Assembly (NCBI GenBank): GCA_963826785.1
Contig: CAWGYD010000002.1
Location: 22,102 to 86,101, forward strand
From: an uncultured delta proteobacterium
Lineage (GTDB): Bacteria; Desulfobacterota; Desulfobacteria; Desulfobacterales; Desulfosalsimonadaceae
Direction of reading: 5' to 3'
DNA length: 64,000 bases
Positions 30,247 to 40,351 of this stretch are shown piece by piece; the stretch's first letter is position 1, and every line of letters starts with the position of its first letter. A model generated the notes under the pieces. The model saw only the letters and a list, made by a program, of their open reading frames with translations, was not told the origin of the DNA and did no database searches. The position numbers and the translations under genes are program-made.

Positions 30247-30924
30247 ATGAACAAAAAACAAACAACACTGATTAAAATGGTTATCGCGCTGGCCCTAACC
30301 TGGACCTTAATTGGCTGTTCATCCCTGCAATCCAAGCCGGAAGGATCAGGTTTTTTGAAAGATTATTACCCCAAAATGGGACCGGGACCTGAAGGCGGCG
30401 CTAAGATGCGCTGGCTTGAGCCTGGCGTTGATTTTGGGAAATACAACAAGGTGATGCTTGACAGTGTTGTGTTCTATCTATCAGACGATTCCGAATACAA
30501 AGGCATTGACCCTGCAGTTTTAAAAGATTTGGCAGATAAATGCAATCTGGCGATTGTAAATGCGCTTAAAGACAAATACCCGATCGTGGCTGAACCGGGA
30601 CCCGATGTGATTCGACTCAAAGTCGCATTAACCGGCATCAAACAAAGCCGGCCGGTTCTCAGCGGGGTAACCTCGATTGTTCCTGTTGGTCTGGGAATCA
30701 GTATTATTAAAAGAGGGGCCACGGGATCATGGACCGGATCCGGGGCCACCAGCGCGGAGTTAATGGCGTTGGATTCGGCCAGCAATGAAGTGATCGCAGT
30801 CGCACATGATGATCAGACCGCCGGGTTTACGGAAAGATTTTCCAAGTACGGATCAGCTGATGATGCTTTTAAATTCTGGGCGGAAAGGATCCGGTATTTT
30901 TTAGATAATGCGCACCGCATGTAA
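30247..30924 (+). CDS. DUF3313 family lipoprotein
   Basis: Lipobox LIGC, SGFLKDY, PGPDVIRLKVALT, FWAERIR. Confidence 0.85.
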   Translation: MNKKQTTLIKMVIALALTWTLIGCSSLQSKPEGSGFLKDYYPKMGPGPEGGAKMRWLEPGVDFGKYNKVMLDSVVFYLSDDSEYKGIDPAVLKDLADKCNLAIVNALKDKYPIVAEPGPDVIRLKVALTGIKQSRPVLSGVTSIVPVGLGISIIKRGATGSWTGSGATSAELMALDSASNEVIAVAHDDQTAGFTERFSKYGSADDAFKFWAERIRYFLDNAHRM

Positions 30925-31054
30925 TTGAATGCTCAATGCAGATAAGAGAGATGAGTCAATTTAGAAAAATTTGATGGTATTTTTTATGGTGGTGGTTGCG
31001 GCCGGATATGCAGTCACGCATCAAATCCAACCAATAAGGAGATGATAGATAATT

Positions 31055-32464
31055 ATGAAAACTAAAACGCTTAAAGCGATCACCTGGTCACTTGCATTGC
31101 TGCTGTCAACGACTTTGACAGTGAATGCCCGGATGCCCGAAAAAATTTCAGTACAGGAAGCGCAGCAGATTGCAGAGGAAGCCTACATCTACGGCTATCC
31201 CATGGTGGACAGCTACCGCATCGAATACGGCTACTTCGTTGATAAGACCGACCCCGAATACAAGGGGGCGTGGAACGAGATACACAACATCCCGCGCGTC
31301 TACACCCCGGAGGACAAGGCCATTCAGACGCCCAATTCCGACACGCCCTATTCCTTTATCGGCGCGGATCTCCGGACCGAACCGCTCGTTCTGACGGTCC
31401 CGGAAATTCCCAAGGATCGCTATTATTCGATACAGTTCATCGACGCCTATACATTCAACTTTGCCTATGCCGGCAGCCGAACCACCGGTAACGAAGCGGC
31501 TAGCATCATGCTGGCTGGCCCGAATTGGAAGGGCGAGAAACCGCAGGGAATCAAGGAGGTCATCCAGTCCGAGACCGAGATAAACGTCCTTCTCTACCGC
31601 ACCCAGCTTTTCAATCCGGCCGACCTCGACAATGTGAAGAAAATCCAGTCGGAGTACAAGGTGCAGCCCTTGAGCCAGTTCCTCGGCCAGCCCGCGCCCA
31701 CCCCCGCCCCGGCCATCGACTACATCAAGCCGCTCAGCCAGGAAGAGCAGAAAAGCTCTCTCGAGGTGTTCAGTATCCTGAATTTCGTCCTGCAATTCTG
31801 CCCGACCGATCCGTCCGAGAAGGAACTCATGGAGAGGTTCGCCAAGATTGGCATCGGTGCCGGAAAGACCTTTGATCCCGCTGCGCTTTCTCCTGAGATG
31901 AAAAAAGCCTTCGAGGACGGTATTGGCGACGCCTGGAAAGAATTTGCGGACGGCGCGAAGTTATTGGGGGAAGGTAAAATTACCGCCGGCGATGTCTTCG
32001 GCACGCGCGCATCCATGAAAAACAATTATCTCTATCGCTGGCTCGCAACCATGGGCATCTGGGGAAATTCAAAACAGGAGGCGATATACCCTATTTATTG
32101 GACTGACGCCAGCGGCCAAAAGCTCAACGGCGCCAACCGTTATACGCTGCATTTCCCGAAGGGCCAACTGCCGCCCGCGCATGCGTTCTGGTCGCTCACC
32201 ATGTATCAGCTGCCGGAGAGCTTGCTGGTGGACAATCCCATCAACCGCTACCTCATCAACTCGCCAATGCTGCCGAAGCTGAAAATGGATACCGATGGCG
32301 GCCTCACGCTCTACATCCAGAACGAGTCACCCGGCAAGGAGCTGGAGTCCAACTGGCTTCCTGCACCCAAGGGACCATTCTCAGCTTATCTGCGCATCTA
32401 TTGGCCGGAAGCAGCTGCTCTGGATGGTACGTGGACCGCTCCGAAACTGGAGATGGTGAAATAA
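31055..32464 (+). CDS. DUF1254/DUF1214 exported protein (copy 1)
   Basis: Signal peptide; EAYIYGYP, TPNSDTPYS, FWSLTMY, NWLPAP, RIYWP. Confidence 0.92.
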   Translation: MKTKTLKAITWSLALLLSTTLTVNARMPEKISVQEAQQIAEEAYIYGYPMVDSYRIEYGYFVDKTDPEYKGAWNEIHNIPRVYTPEDKAIQTPNSDTPYSFIGADLRTEPLVLTVPEIPKDRYYSIQFIDAYTFNFAYAGSRTTGNEAASIMLAGPNWKGEKPQGIKEVIQSETEINVLLYRTQLFNPADLDNVKKIQSEYKVQPLSQFLGQPAPTPAPAIDYIKPLSQEEQKSSLEVFSILNFVLQFCPTDPSEKELMERFAKIGIGAGKTFDPAALSPEMKKAFEDGIGDAWKEFADGAKLLGEGKITAGDVFGTRASMKNNYLYRWLATMGIWGNSKQEAIYPIYWTDASGQKLNGANRYTLHFPKGQLPPAHAFWSLTMYQLPESLLVDNPINRYLINSPMLPKLKMDTDGGLTLYIQNESPGKELESNWLPAPKGPFSAYLRIYWPEAAALDGTWTAPKLEMVK

Positions 32465-32518
32465 TGGATTAGCGGATTGTTGTTCGGCATTTTTTATGAA
32501 CCGCCAAAAGGAGAAACT

Positions 32519-33943
32519 ATGAAACGAAATTTTCTCAAATCGGCGTTGGCGGTGGCCGTCATCGCCACCTCACTTACCGTCGGCATGCCCGTATCAGCGC
32601 AAGAAACGCAAAAGAAAACCGACTGGCGCGAGGATTACGCTTACACGCTCGGCGTGCAGGCTTACATCTTCAGCTTCCCGTGGGACTTTCTTTCGAAGAT
32701 TCAGTACCAATGGGTGGTCGTACCGGCCAAGAATCCCGCGCTGACCCCCAACATGCCGCTCAATCAGTGGTGGCACGCCCGCAACATCATCACTTCCGAC
32801 TACCGGGACGGTGGTGCGCCGAATAACGACACCCTCTACTCGGCAACGTGGCTGGATGTGGGCAAAGAACCCATCATCTTGAGCCATGGAGACATGGGCG
32901 ACCGTTACTTCACCTTTGAGATCGCCTCCATGAACTCCGACAACTTCGCTTATGTGGGCGCAAGCTCAACCGGATCCAAGGCGGGCCATTTTGCCATCAC
33001 GGGCCGGGACTGGAAGGGAACGCTGCCCGAAGGCGTGACGCAGTTGCCCCCGTCGCCTACCGACTCCGTCCTCATCCTCGGCCGCACCGCAGTCAGGGGG
33101 GCAGACGATGTCCCCGCGGTCAACAAGGCCCAGGACACCTATAAGCTGACGCCGTTGAGCCTCTGGGGCAAGGAGGGTGCCGTTGTTTCGGAGAATCGCG
33201 ACGTTCCCAAACCGTTCGATCCAAAAGCGGATCCACTTGCGGACTGGAAGACCATCAATCGGGCGATGGTAAAAAACCCTCCCCTCAAGCAACATGCGGT
33301 CCTTCTCGACATGTTCAAGCAGGTCGGGGTCGGACCCGGTCTGGATGTTGAGGCCATGGACGATGCGACCAAGCGTGGTCTGGCGCGTGCCGCCACAGAC
33401 GGCATGCAGATGCTTCAGTCCATGCTCGCAACCGGCCTTGATTTGCCCAAGGTCAATGGTTGGAGCGTTCCCCCGGCGACAATGGGCCGCGCCATGATTC
33501 ACAATGATTTCAATACACTGGCCCTCCAGTGTCTCGGCGGAATCATTTCCAACGATCCAAGTGAGGCGATTTATTTTAACACCCACGCGGATGCCGACGG
33601 CAATACTCTAAACGGGGCGAACAAATACACGCTCCGTTTTGCACCGAACCAGTTGCCCGACGTGAAGTATTTCTGGTCACTAACCATGTATGACCTGACC
33701 AATAACCTTGTGCCCAATCCCATTGACCGGTGGGCGATTGGTTCATTGGCCGGGGGATATCAGAAGGCGGCGGACGGCAGCCTGACGCTTTACCTGCAGA
33801 AGGATTCTCCGGGAAAAGACAAGGAGGCCAACTGGCTGCCTGCTCCAGAGGGGGAATTTTGGGTCGTGTTTCGCACCTACGGCCCCAGCAAGGAGATAGT
33901 CGATCAGACCTGGAAGCTGCCACCGCTGGAGGTAACGAATTGA
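32519..33943 (+). CDS. DUF1254/DUF1214 exported protein (copy 2)
   Basis: Signal peptide; PNNDTLYS, FWSLTMY, NWLPAP, RTYGP; start after AGGAGA. Confidence 0.92.
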   Translation: MKRNFLKSALAVAVIATSLTVGMPVSAQETQKKTDWREDYAYTLGVQAYIFSFPWDFLSKIQYQWVVVPAKNPALTPNMPLNQWWHARNIITSDYRDGGAPNNDTLYSATWLDVGKEPIILSHGDMGDRYFTFEIASMNSDNFAYVGASSTGSKAGHFAITGRDWKGTLPEGVTQLPPSPTDSVLILGRTAVRGADDVPAVNKAQDTYKLTPLSLWGKEGAVVSENRDVPKPFDPKADPLADWKTINRAMVKNPPLKQHAVLLDMFKQVGVGPGLDVEAMDDATKRGLARAATDGMQMLQSMLATGLDLPKVNGWSVPPATMGRAMIHNDFNTLALQCLGGIISNDPSEAIYFNTHADADGNTLNGANKYTLRFAPNQLPDVKYFWSLTMYDLTNNLVPNPIDRWAIGSLAGGYQKAADGSLTLYLQKDSPGKDKEANWLPAPEGEFWVVFRTYGPSKEIVDQTWKLPPLEVTN

Positions 33944-33981
33944 ATTCATTGTCAATGCAAGTAAACCTAATGGAGAGACAA

Positions 33982-34101
33982 ATGAACAAATTAAGACACG
34001 TACTTCTATGTGGCGCTTTATGCAGCGGCCTCGCTGCAGGGCTGCTAAGCGGCTGCGGGACGAATGGCGCCCCATCCGGGCTGCAGAACAAGACCGCGTG
34101 A
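33982..34101 (+). pseudogene. Orphan lipoprotein signal peptide (39 aa), a copy of the 5' end of the 36084 gene
   Basis: MNKLRHVLLCGALCSGLAAGLLSGCGTNG vs MNKSKPIFLFCALCCVFTVALSAGCATNG; upstream DNA also duplicated. Confidence 0.6.
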
Positions 34102-34120
34102 CGCGAGAAGGAGGTGGACA

Positions 34121-35128
34121 ATGGCGTTAAGTCTCAGAAGTTTGCTCGTTGTTGGTGCTCTGCTCGTTCATTCGGCAGGCTACGCTGCGGAGCTCGTCAC
34201 GGTCGACAACTTTGTTCGTGCAGAGACCGACAAAACCCTCGGCCGTTACGCAAAACAGGGAGCATTCGGTAAATTCCTACACATTCGTCAGCCGACGCCC
34301 ATCGACAAGCAGGATGTCGTCCGCATGAATCTGGATACGCTGTACTCGGTTGGCGTGTTCGATCTCACCACGCCGGTCACCATCGTGAAGCCGGAATCCG
34401 CAGGGCGTTTTCAGTCGATGATGGTCATCAATCAGGACCACTCGATGCTACCCATCGAGCATGGCGCGGGCGAGTTCACCTTCACGAAGGAACAAATCGG
34501 GTCGCGCTACATGATTGTCCTCTTCCGCACATTCATCGATGCAAACGATCCGGCTGACATCAAGGCCGCCAACGCCCTGCAGGACGAGATCGCTGTCCGG
34601 CAGGAGACCCCAGGAGCGTTTGAGATTCCGGAGTGGGATGATGCATCGTTAGCGAAAGTCCGGGATGCCATTAAGGTTCTTGCGGCGACCCGAACCGATG
34701 CCAAGGGCATGTTTGGTGACAAAGCAAAGCTTGATCCGATCAGTCACCTGCTGGGCACGGCCTACGGCTGGGGCGGAAATCCCGAAGAAGCCGCTATGTA
34801 CGACAACGCTGTGCCGGAAAAGAACGACGGCAAGACACCCTATGTGGTCACCGTCAAGGACGTGCCTGTCAACGGCTTCTGGTCTATTACCGTCTACAAC
34901 AAGGATGGGTATATGGAGAAGAACGACCAGAACGTCAATTCCTACAACAACGTGACCGCCAAAAAGAACGCGGACGGAAGCATCACGATCAATTTCGGTG
35001 GTGGCCCGGACGCCATCAACAACCTGCCGATCACTCCCGGATGGAACTACATCGTGCGGATGTATCAGCCGAAGAAGGAGATCATCAACGGTTCGTGGAG
35101 CTTTCCCAAGGCGCAATCGTTGGAGTAG
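34121..35128 (+). CDS. DUF1254/DUF1214 exported protein (short type, copy 3)
   Basis: VTVDNFVRAETD, RMNLDTLYS, GWGGNP, FWSITVY, RMYQP; AGGAGGT RBS. Confidence 0.9.
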   Translation: MALSLRSLLVVGALLVHSAGYAAELVTVDNFVRAETDKTLGRYAKQGAFGKFLHIRQPTPIDKQDVVRMNLDTLYSVGVFDLTTPVTIVKPESAGRFQSMMVINQDHSMLPIEHGAGEFTFTKEQIGSRYMIVLFRTFIDANDPADIKAANALQDEIAVRQETPGAFEIPEWDDASLAKVRDAIKVLAATRTDAKGMFGDKAKLDPISHLLGTAYGWGGNPEEAAMYDNAVPEKNDGKTPYVVTVKDVPVNGFWSITVYNKDGYMEKNDQNVNSYNNVTAKKNADGSITINFGGGPDAINNLPITPGWNYIVRMYQPKKEIINGSWSFPKAQSLE

Positions 35129-35197
35129 TGGATAGAGTGCGTGAACATTAGTAAAAAAACCACCGTCACAAGGCGGTAAACCAAAAGGAAAAGAATA

Positions 35198-36010
35198 ATG
35201 AAAACAATGACAACCATATCCGTGAAGACAATAGCACTGGCGCTTGCGCTTCTGGGTGCCATGACGCCGGCCTTTGCCGAACAGAAAGTTACCCTGAAGG
35301 ATCCCGTCAAGGTCGAGATCGAAAACTGGCGCGGCAAAGCCTTCTACGAAATTCTGTTCATGAACCGCCAGGCCGACGGCAGCGGGGTCGGTTTCTACCA
35401 CAATTCTCTTGGCTTAGACCTTGAAGCGTCGAACGAAGAGATGGACGCGCGCTTCCGCGCGCTGGATGCCGATACCTTGATGAAGGAATACGGCGGTGAT
35501 GGTGTCATCTTCAATGGTCCGCGTCGCCTCGTGGCGAACAGCATCACTGGGATAATCGCCTGGGATGGCGGCAAGAAGACGGTGATCGGAACGATCCCCT
35601 ATCGCGTGTTAGGCCTCTTCGAAACCCCTGACCTCGATAAGGCCGCTACCGGAGAAATGCCTGCTTATCATGTGCTGACCTCTAAACGCACCAATTCCTT
35701 TAAGTTCAATGCCGGCGAAACGGTGTATGAGCTGATCACCCCCGAGGGCACCGTCTACACCATGTTCAGTCTGTCCCTGAGGATCGACCCCAACAACACC
35801 ATCGAAAACCTGCCCACCCTTGGCGAGCGCCTGAAGAAATTACCGGAGGGTTGGAAATTCAGATCACGCAAGCTGGACAAGGAAATGATTCTGTCGTGCA
35901 CCGCCGATTCCAACCCGCCTAACACCATCGTTCTCGACGAGCTTGTGGGCAACTATCAGTACAACGCTGAAGCCAGCCAACAGACTATGAATCGGCCAGA
36001 TCACCCATGA
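35198..36010 (+). CDS. Exported hypothetical protein
   Basis: Signal peptide ending AFA; YEIL, NGPR, LPEGWKFRSR. Confidence 0.8.
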   Translation: MKTMTTISVKTIALALALLGAMTPAFAEQKVTLKDPVKVEIENWRGKAFYEILFMNRQADGSGVGFYHNSLGLDLEASNEEMDARFRALDADTLMKEYGGDGVIFNGPRRLVANSITGIIAWDGGKKTVIGTIPYRVLGLFETPDLDKAATGEMPAYHVLTSKRTNSFKFNAGETVYELITPEGTVYTMFSLSLRIDPNNTIENLPTLGERLKKLPEGWKFRSRKLDKEMILSCTADSNPPNTIVLDELVGNYQYNAEASQQTMNRPDHP

Positions 36011-36083
36011 TCGCTCCAGGCACGAGAGTTTTATTAACGAATTTAATTTATTGTAAATGCAAGTAAACCTCAAGGAGAGACAA

Positions 36084-37562
36084 ATGAACAAATCAAAACC
36101 CATATTTTTATTCTGTGCTTTATGTTGCGTTTTCACTGTTGCGCTTTCAGCAGGCTGCGCTACGAATGGCGACCCTATTACTGCGGCAGGTCAAGCCGAT
36201 AAAAAAGCAGGCGTCGCTACGCCTGGCATCGCCGAGACCAAGGCTATCGCCGAGGAGGCGTTCATCTACGGCCTGCCGATCGTGATGAACTATGCAGTGA
36301 TGCAGGAGTTCTCGGTTGACAAAAACTCGGGGCAGTTCAAGGCGCCGTTCAACACCATGTGGAACGATGCCGCTACGCTCACTTACAAAGACACTGCCGT
36401 CGTCACACCCAATGCCGACACGCCGTACTCAATGGTCTGGCTTGACCTGCGGGCGGAGCCAATGGTGATTTCGGTGCCGGCAGTGCCAAAAGAGCGCTAC
36501 TACTCTGTCATGCTATGCGATGGCAATGCCTACAACTATGGCTATATCGGCACCCGTTCGACGGGTCCGGATGCCGGTCACTATCTCGTAGTTGGCCCTG
36601 ACTGGAAAGGTGAGAAGCCCGCGGGTATCAGGGAGGTATTTACATCAACGACGCCCTTCGCGCTGACTATTTTCCGCACCCAGTTGTTCAACGCCGACGA
36701 CATGCCGAACGTGGTTAATATCCAGGCCGGTTATAAAGTCGAGCCGCTCTCTGCCTTCCTCAATCAGCCCGCGTCCGCCGCAGCACCGAAGATCGACTTT
36801 CTGCCGGCCACGACGGCGGGGATCAAGGCGAATTTCTATGCGTATCTCGACGCCGCTCTCGAGTTCGTGCCCGTCACCCCAGAGACCAAGGAGCTTCGCG
36901 GCCGGCTTGCCAGTATCGGCATCGGCCCGGGCAAGATGTTCGACTTCAAAGATCTCTCGCTGGAACACAAAGCCGCTGTCCTGTTAGCGATGAAGGAAGG
37001 CGACGACAAGGTGAAGAAGTATCTCGCCACCGGACAGAAGAATATCAACGGATGGGGTGTCGGTTCGCTGTTTGGCGACAGCGCGTTCTATAACGGCGAT
37101 TGGCTGAAGCGTGCGGCCGCCGCCATGGGAGGGATCTACGGCAATGACGCGAGCGAGGCCATGTATCCGATGGCCCGTACGGACGCCACGGGCGAAACGC
37201 TTGATGGCAGCAAGCACAATTACACACTCACCTTCCCGGCAGGACAGCTTCCTCCGGTGAATTCCTTTTGGTCGGTCACCATGTATGACGGTAAGAGCCA
37301 GCTGCTGATCAAGAACCCGATCAACCGCTACCTCATCAATTCACCGATGATGCCGGACATGAAGAAAAACGATGACGGATCGCTGACCATCTATATTCAG
37401 AAGGATTCGCCCGGTGCCGACAAGGAAGCAAACTGGTTGCCCGCGCCGGACGGTCCGATCTACCTCGTCATGCGCCTCTATTGGCCGAAGACGGAAGCAC
37501 CTTCCATCCTTCCAGCCGGCTCAGGCAGCTGGAATCCACCGGGCGTCGTGCCGGCGAAGTGA
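36084..37562 (+). CDS. DUF1254/DUF1214 lipoprotein (copy 4)
   Basis: Lipobox SAGC; EAFIYGLP, TPNADTPYS, FWSVTMY, NWLPAP, RLYWP. Confidence 0.92.
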   Translation: MNKSKPIFLFCALCCVFTVALSAGCATNGDPITAAGQADKKAGVATPGIAETKAIAEEAFIYGLPIVMNYAVMQEFSVDKNSGQFKAPFNTMWNDAATLTYKDTAVVTPNADTPYSMVWLDLRAEPMVISVPAVPKERYYSVMLCDGNAYNYGYIGTRSTGPDAGHYLVVGPDWKGEKPAGIREVFTSTTPFALTIFRTQLFNADDMPNVVNIQAGYKVEPLSAFLNQPASAAAPKIDFLPATTAGIKANFYAYLDAALEFVPVTPETKELRGRLASIGIGPGKMFDFKDLSLEHKAAVLLAMKEGDDKVKKYLATGQKNINGWGVGSLFGDSAFYNGDWLKRAAAAMGGIYGNDASEAMYPMARTDATGETLDGSKHNYTLTFPAGQLPPVNSFWSVTMYDGKSQLLIKNPINRYLINSPMMPDMKKNDDGSLTIYIQKDSPGADKEANWLPAPDGPIYLVMRLYWPKTEAPSILPAGSGSWNPPGVVPAK

Positions 37563-37650
37563 GCCATAAAAGAACCGGTTGTAGCGGATGGCGCGGATGA
37601 GCCGCCGCTGCAACCTTGTTTATTCCTAAAGTAAATTTCGAGGAAATTTT

Positions 37651-38457
37651 ATGAAATCGATGATTTTATCATTCTGGGTGTTATTTATTGTTGCCGTTCC
37701 GTTGTGTCACACAGCAATTGCTAAAAATGAAGAAGATCTGGCTAAAAAACTGGCCAACCCCATATCATCGCTCGTGAGCGTGCCGTTTCAGCTCAACTAT
37801 GATGAGAATATCGGTCCCAATGAGGACGGGAAAGTTTACAAACTCAACATTCAGCCGGTTATACCCGTTTCCTTGAATGAAGACTGGAACCTGATATCGC
37901 GAACCATCTTGCCGGTAGTATGGCAAAAAGACATCGCACCCGGTGTAAGTGATGAATCCGGTTTGAGTGATACGGTGCAGAGCCTGTTTTTTTCACCGAA
38001 ATCACCGACGAGAAGCGGATTGATCTGGGGCGTTGGGCCTGTTTTTTTGATTCCGACAGCCACCGATGAAGTCCTGGGCAGTCGAAAATGGGGGGCCGGT
38101 CCGACGGCGGTGGCGTTGATGCAAGAAGGCCCCTGGACCATCGGATTTTTAGGTAATCATATCTGGTCTTTTACGGGCGATGACGACCGGGCGAATGTCA
38201 GTAAGACGTTCGTCCAGCCCTTTCTTGCTTATGTCACAAAGACCAAAACCACAATAGGGATAAATACGGAGTCCACTTACGACTGGGAAGCGGATCAGTG
38301 GTCTGTGCCGGTGATCGCATCGGTGTCTCAAATGCTGAAAATCGGTCCGCAAATCTTTCAAATTCAGCTGGGTGCGCGTTACTGGGCCGAATCACCCGAC
38401 AACGGACCGGATGGATGGGGCGCTCGTTTTGCATTAACCTTTCTCTTTCCCAAATGA
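37651..38457 (+). CDS. Outer-membrane beta-barrel transporter (family often mislabelled 'neuromedin U')
   Basis: Signal peptide, LAKKLANP, LNIQPVIP, WGVGPV..PTA, terminal FLFPK. Confidence 0.75.
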   Translation: MKSMILSFWVLFIVAVPLCHTAIAKNEEDLAKKLANPISSLVSVPFQLNYDENIGPNEDGKVYKLNIQPVIPVSLNEDWNLISRTILPVVWQKDIAPGVSDESGLSDTVQSLFFSPKSPTRSGLIWGVGPVFLIPTATDEVLGSRKWGAGPTAVALMQEGPWTIGFLGNHIWSFTGDDDRANVSKTFVQPFLAYVTKTKTTIGINTESTYDWEADQWSVPVIASVSQMLKIGPQIFQIQLGARYWAESPDNGPDGWGARFALTFLFPK

Positions 38458-38521
38458 GTTTGTGTCAAATTTCAGATGTATTCATTTAGTACCATTTTTC
38501 TTTAGACGGAGATTGAGTGAA

Positions 38522-39361
38522 ATGAAAAACAAACGGATGCATCACACAATTAAAACAAGAAATAAAGTTACCTTTTTTCATAGGATGATGAGCAAAATTG
38601 TTTTTTTTATGGCAATTTCCTTGATGCTCGCGGCGTCACTTCCCGGCGCTGCGGCATCAGAAGAGACCGTTCAGCCGGAGGGGTGGCAATTCGGCGCAGA
38701 TGTTTATTTCTGGATCAGCGAGATTGGCGGCGATACTGCTGAAGGGGATTCGATTGATGTTCCCTTTGACACCATCGTGGATAACCTTGACTTTGCCTAT
38801 ATGGGCGCCTTCCACGCCCGCAACGGCAGGTGGCATCTTAGCACCGATGTTATCTACATGAACCTGGAGGATGACAACAGCAGCCGGGTGACGCTGCCCG
38901 GCGAAAACGAAATCAGGGCGGATGCCACTTTTAAGATGGAATCCTGGATCGTAACCCCGGTGGTCGGCTTCGGTGTGATCGATACGGAAAGGATCAGGCT
39001 GGAGGTGCTCGCCGGTGCGCGATATCTCTATCTTAAGCCGGAGCTGAAGTTCGATATCACCGGCCCGCTGGATTCTCGGGGCCGCAGGGTCTCTGATTCG
39101 GATAGTTTCTGGGACGGCATTATCGGCATAAGGGGCGATGTGAACCTGGCCCGAAGCTGGTATGTTCCGTTTTACGCGGATATCGGTACCGGTGACAGTG
39201 ATTATACGTGGCAGATCATGGCTGGTGTTGGCTACAGGATAAACAAGGCATTGGATGTGGTCGGGGCCTATCGCTATCTGGAGTGGAAGTTTGATGATAA
39301 CAAAGTGCTCGATAATCTGGACATCAGCGGTCCCTTGCTGGGGCTGAGGTTCCGGTTCTAG
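38522..39361 (+). CDS. Outer-membrane beta-barrel protein
   Basis: Signal peptide, alternating strands, terminal GPLLGLRFRF; start uncertain. Confidence 0.75.
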   Translation: MKNKRMHHTIKTRNKVTFFHRMMSKIVFFMAISLMLAASLPGAAASEETVQPEGWQFGADVYFWISEIGGDTAEGDSIDVPFDTIVDNLDFAYMGAFHARNGRWHLSTDVIYMNLEDDNSSRVTLPGENEIRADATFKMESWIVTPVVGFGVIDTERIRLEVLAGARYLYLKPELKFDITGPLDSRGRRVSDSDSFWDGIIGIRGDVNLARSWYVPFYADIGTGDSDYTWQIMAGVGYRINKALDVVGAYRYLEWKFDDNKVLDNLDISGPLLGLRFRF

Positions 39362-39371
39362 GGCGGACGGA

Positions 39372-40319
39372 ATGATTCTGTTAAGATCATGCTTTAAAAG
39401 AATGTTCTACAAACAGTCAATAATAGCTCTCCTTGTGATTGTGTTCCCGTTGGCTGCGATGCCGGCATATGCCGGTGAAATCGAACCAAGGGCCTATGTC
39501 AACACACCGGTCGGGATCAATTTTCTGCTTGCGGGTTATCTCTATTCTGACGGTGGCTTGTCCACAACCGGTTCATCGCCGCTCAAAGACGCCCGGCTTA
39601 CGATAAATACCGGTGTTTTGGCGTATGCCCGGGCACTGGATGTGTGGGGCAAATCAGGGAAGATGGATATCATCATGCCATACTCCGGACTTTCCGGGAG
39701 TGCCATGGTTGCCGGCCAACTTAGAGAGCGTAACGTTTCCGGGCTCAATGACCCGCTTTTTCGATTTACGGTCAATTTCTATGGCGCTCCGGCGGTATCT
39801 CTTCAAAAATTCGCGGACTACCAGCAGGATCTGATCATCGGGGCAAGCGTTCAGGTTTCTGCACCCTTAGGACAATATGATCCGGATAAACTGGTAAACC
39901 TTGGCAATAACCGATGGTTTGTAAAACCTGACATCGGTATTTCCAAGGCGTGGGGACCGCTCGCGCTGGAGCTTTCCGCCGGTGTATTTTTTTTCAGCAA
40001 TAATGATGATTTTTTCGGCGGGCAGAAGCTTGAGCAGAATCCTTTATACACTACACAGGCACACCTCACGTACAATTTCGGGAAGGGGGTTTGGACGGCT
40101 TTGAGCGTAACCAATGATTACGGCGGCCGCACAACAGTAGACGATGTCCGTAAAGATGACCGGGAGGATAATTCACGTTTGGGCGGCACATTTGCGTTGC
40201 CAATAAACCGGAACACCTCGGTCAAGTTTTTCGCCAGCACCGGCGTCCATACCAGAGTCGGTACGGATTTCGATCTGGCCGGGATTGTCTGGCAATATCG
40301 GTGGGGCAAGGGGTTGTAA
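39372..40319 (+). CDS. Outer-membrane transporter, phenol-degradation MetA (SphA-like) family
   Basis: EPRAY.NTPVG.N, APLGQYD..KLVNLG.NRW, terminal WQYRW. Confidence 0.8.
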   Translation: MILLRSCFKRMFYKQSIIALLVIVFPLAAMPAYAGEIEPRAYVNTPVGINFLLAGYLYSDGGLSTTGSSPLKDARLTINTGVLAYARALDVWGKSGKMDIIMPYSGLSGSAMVAGQLRERNVSGLNDPLFRFTVNFYGAPAVSLQKFADYQQDLIIGASVQVSAPLGQYDPDKLVNLGNNRWFVKPDIGISKAWGPLALELSAGVFFFSNNDDFFGGQKLEQNPLYTTQAHLTYNFGKGVWTALSVTNDYGGRTTVDDVRKDDREDNSRLGGTFALPINRNTSVKFFASTGVHTRVGTDFDLAGIVWQYRWGKGL

Positions 40320-40351
40320 AAAAATTCATCGGCCAATAAAAAAGGAATATT

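Noticed and set aside
33982..34130. Selenocysteine readthrough of the TGA at 34099
   Set aside because: Readthrough is not in frame with the next gene and no SECIS-like hairpin is evident
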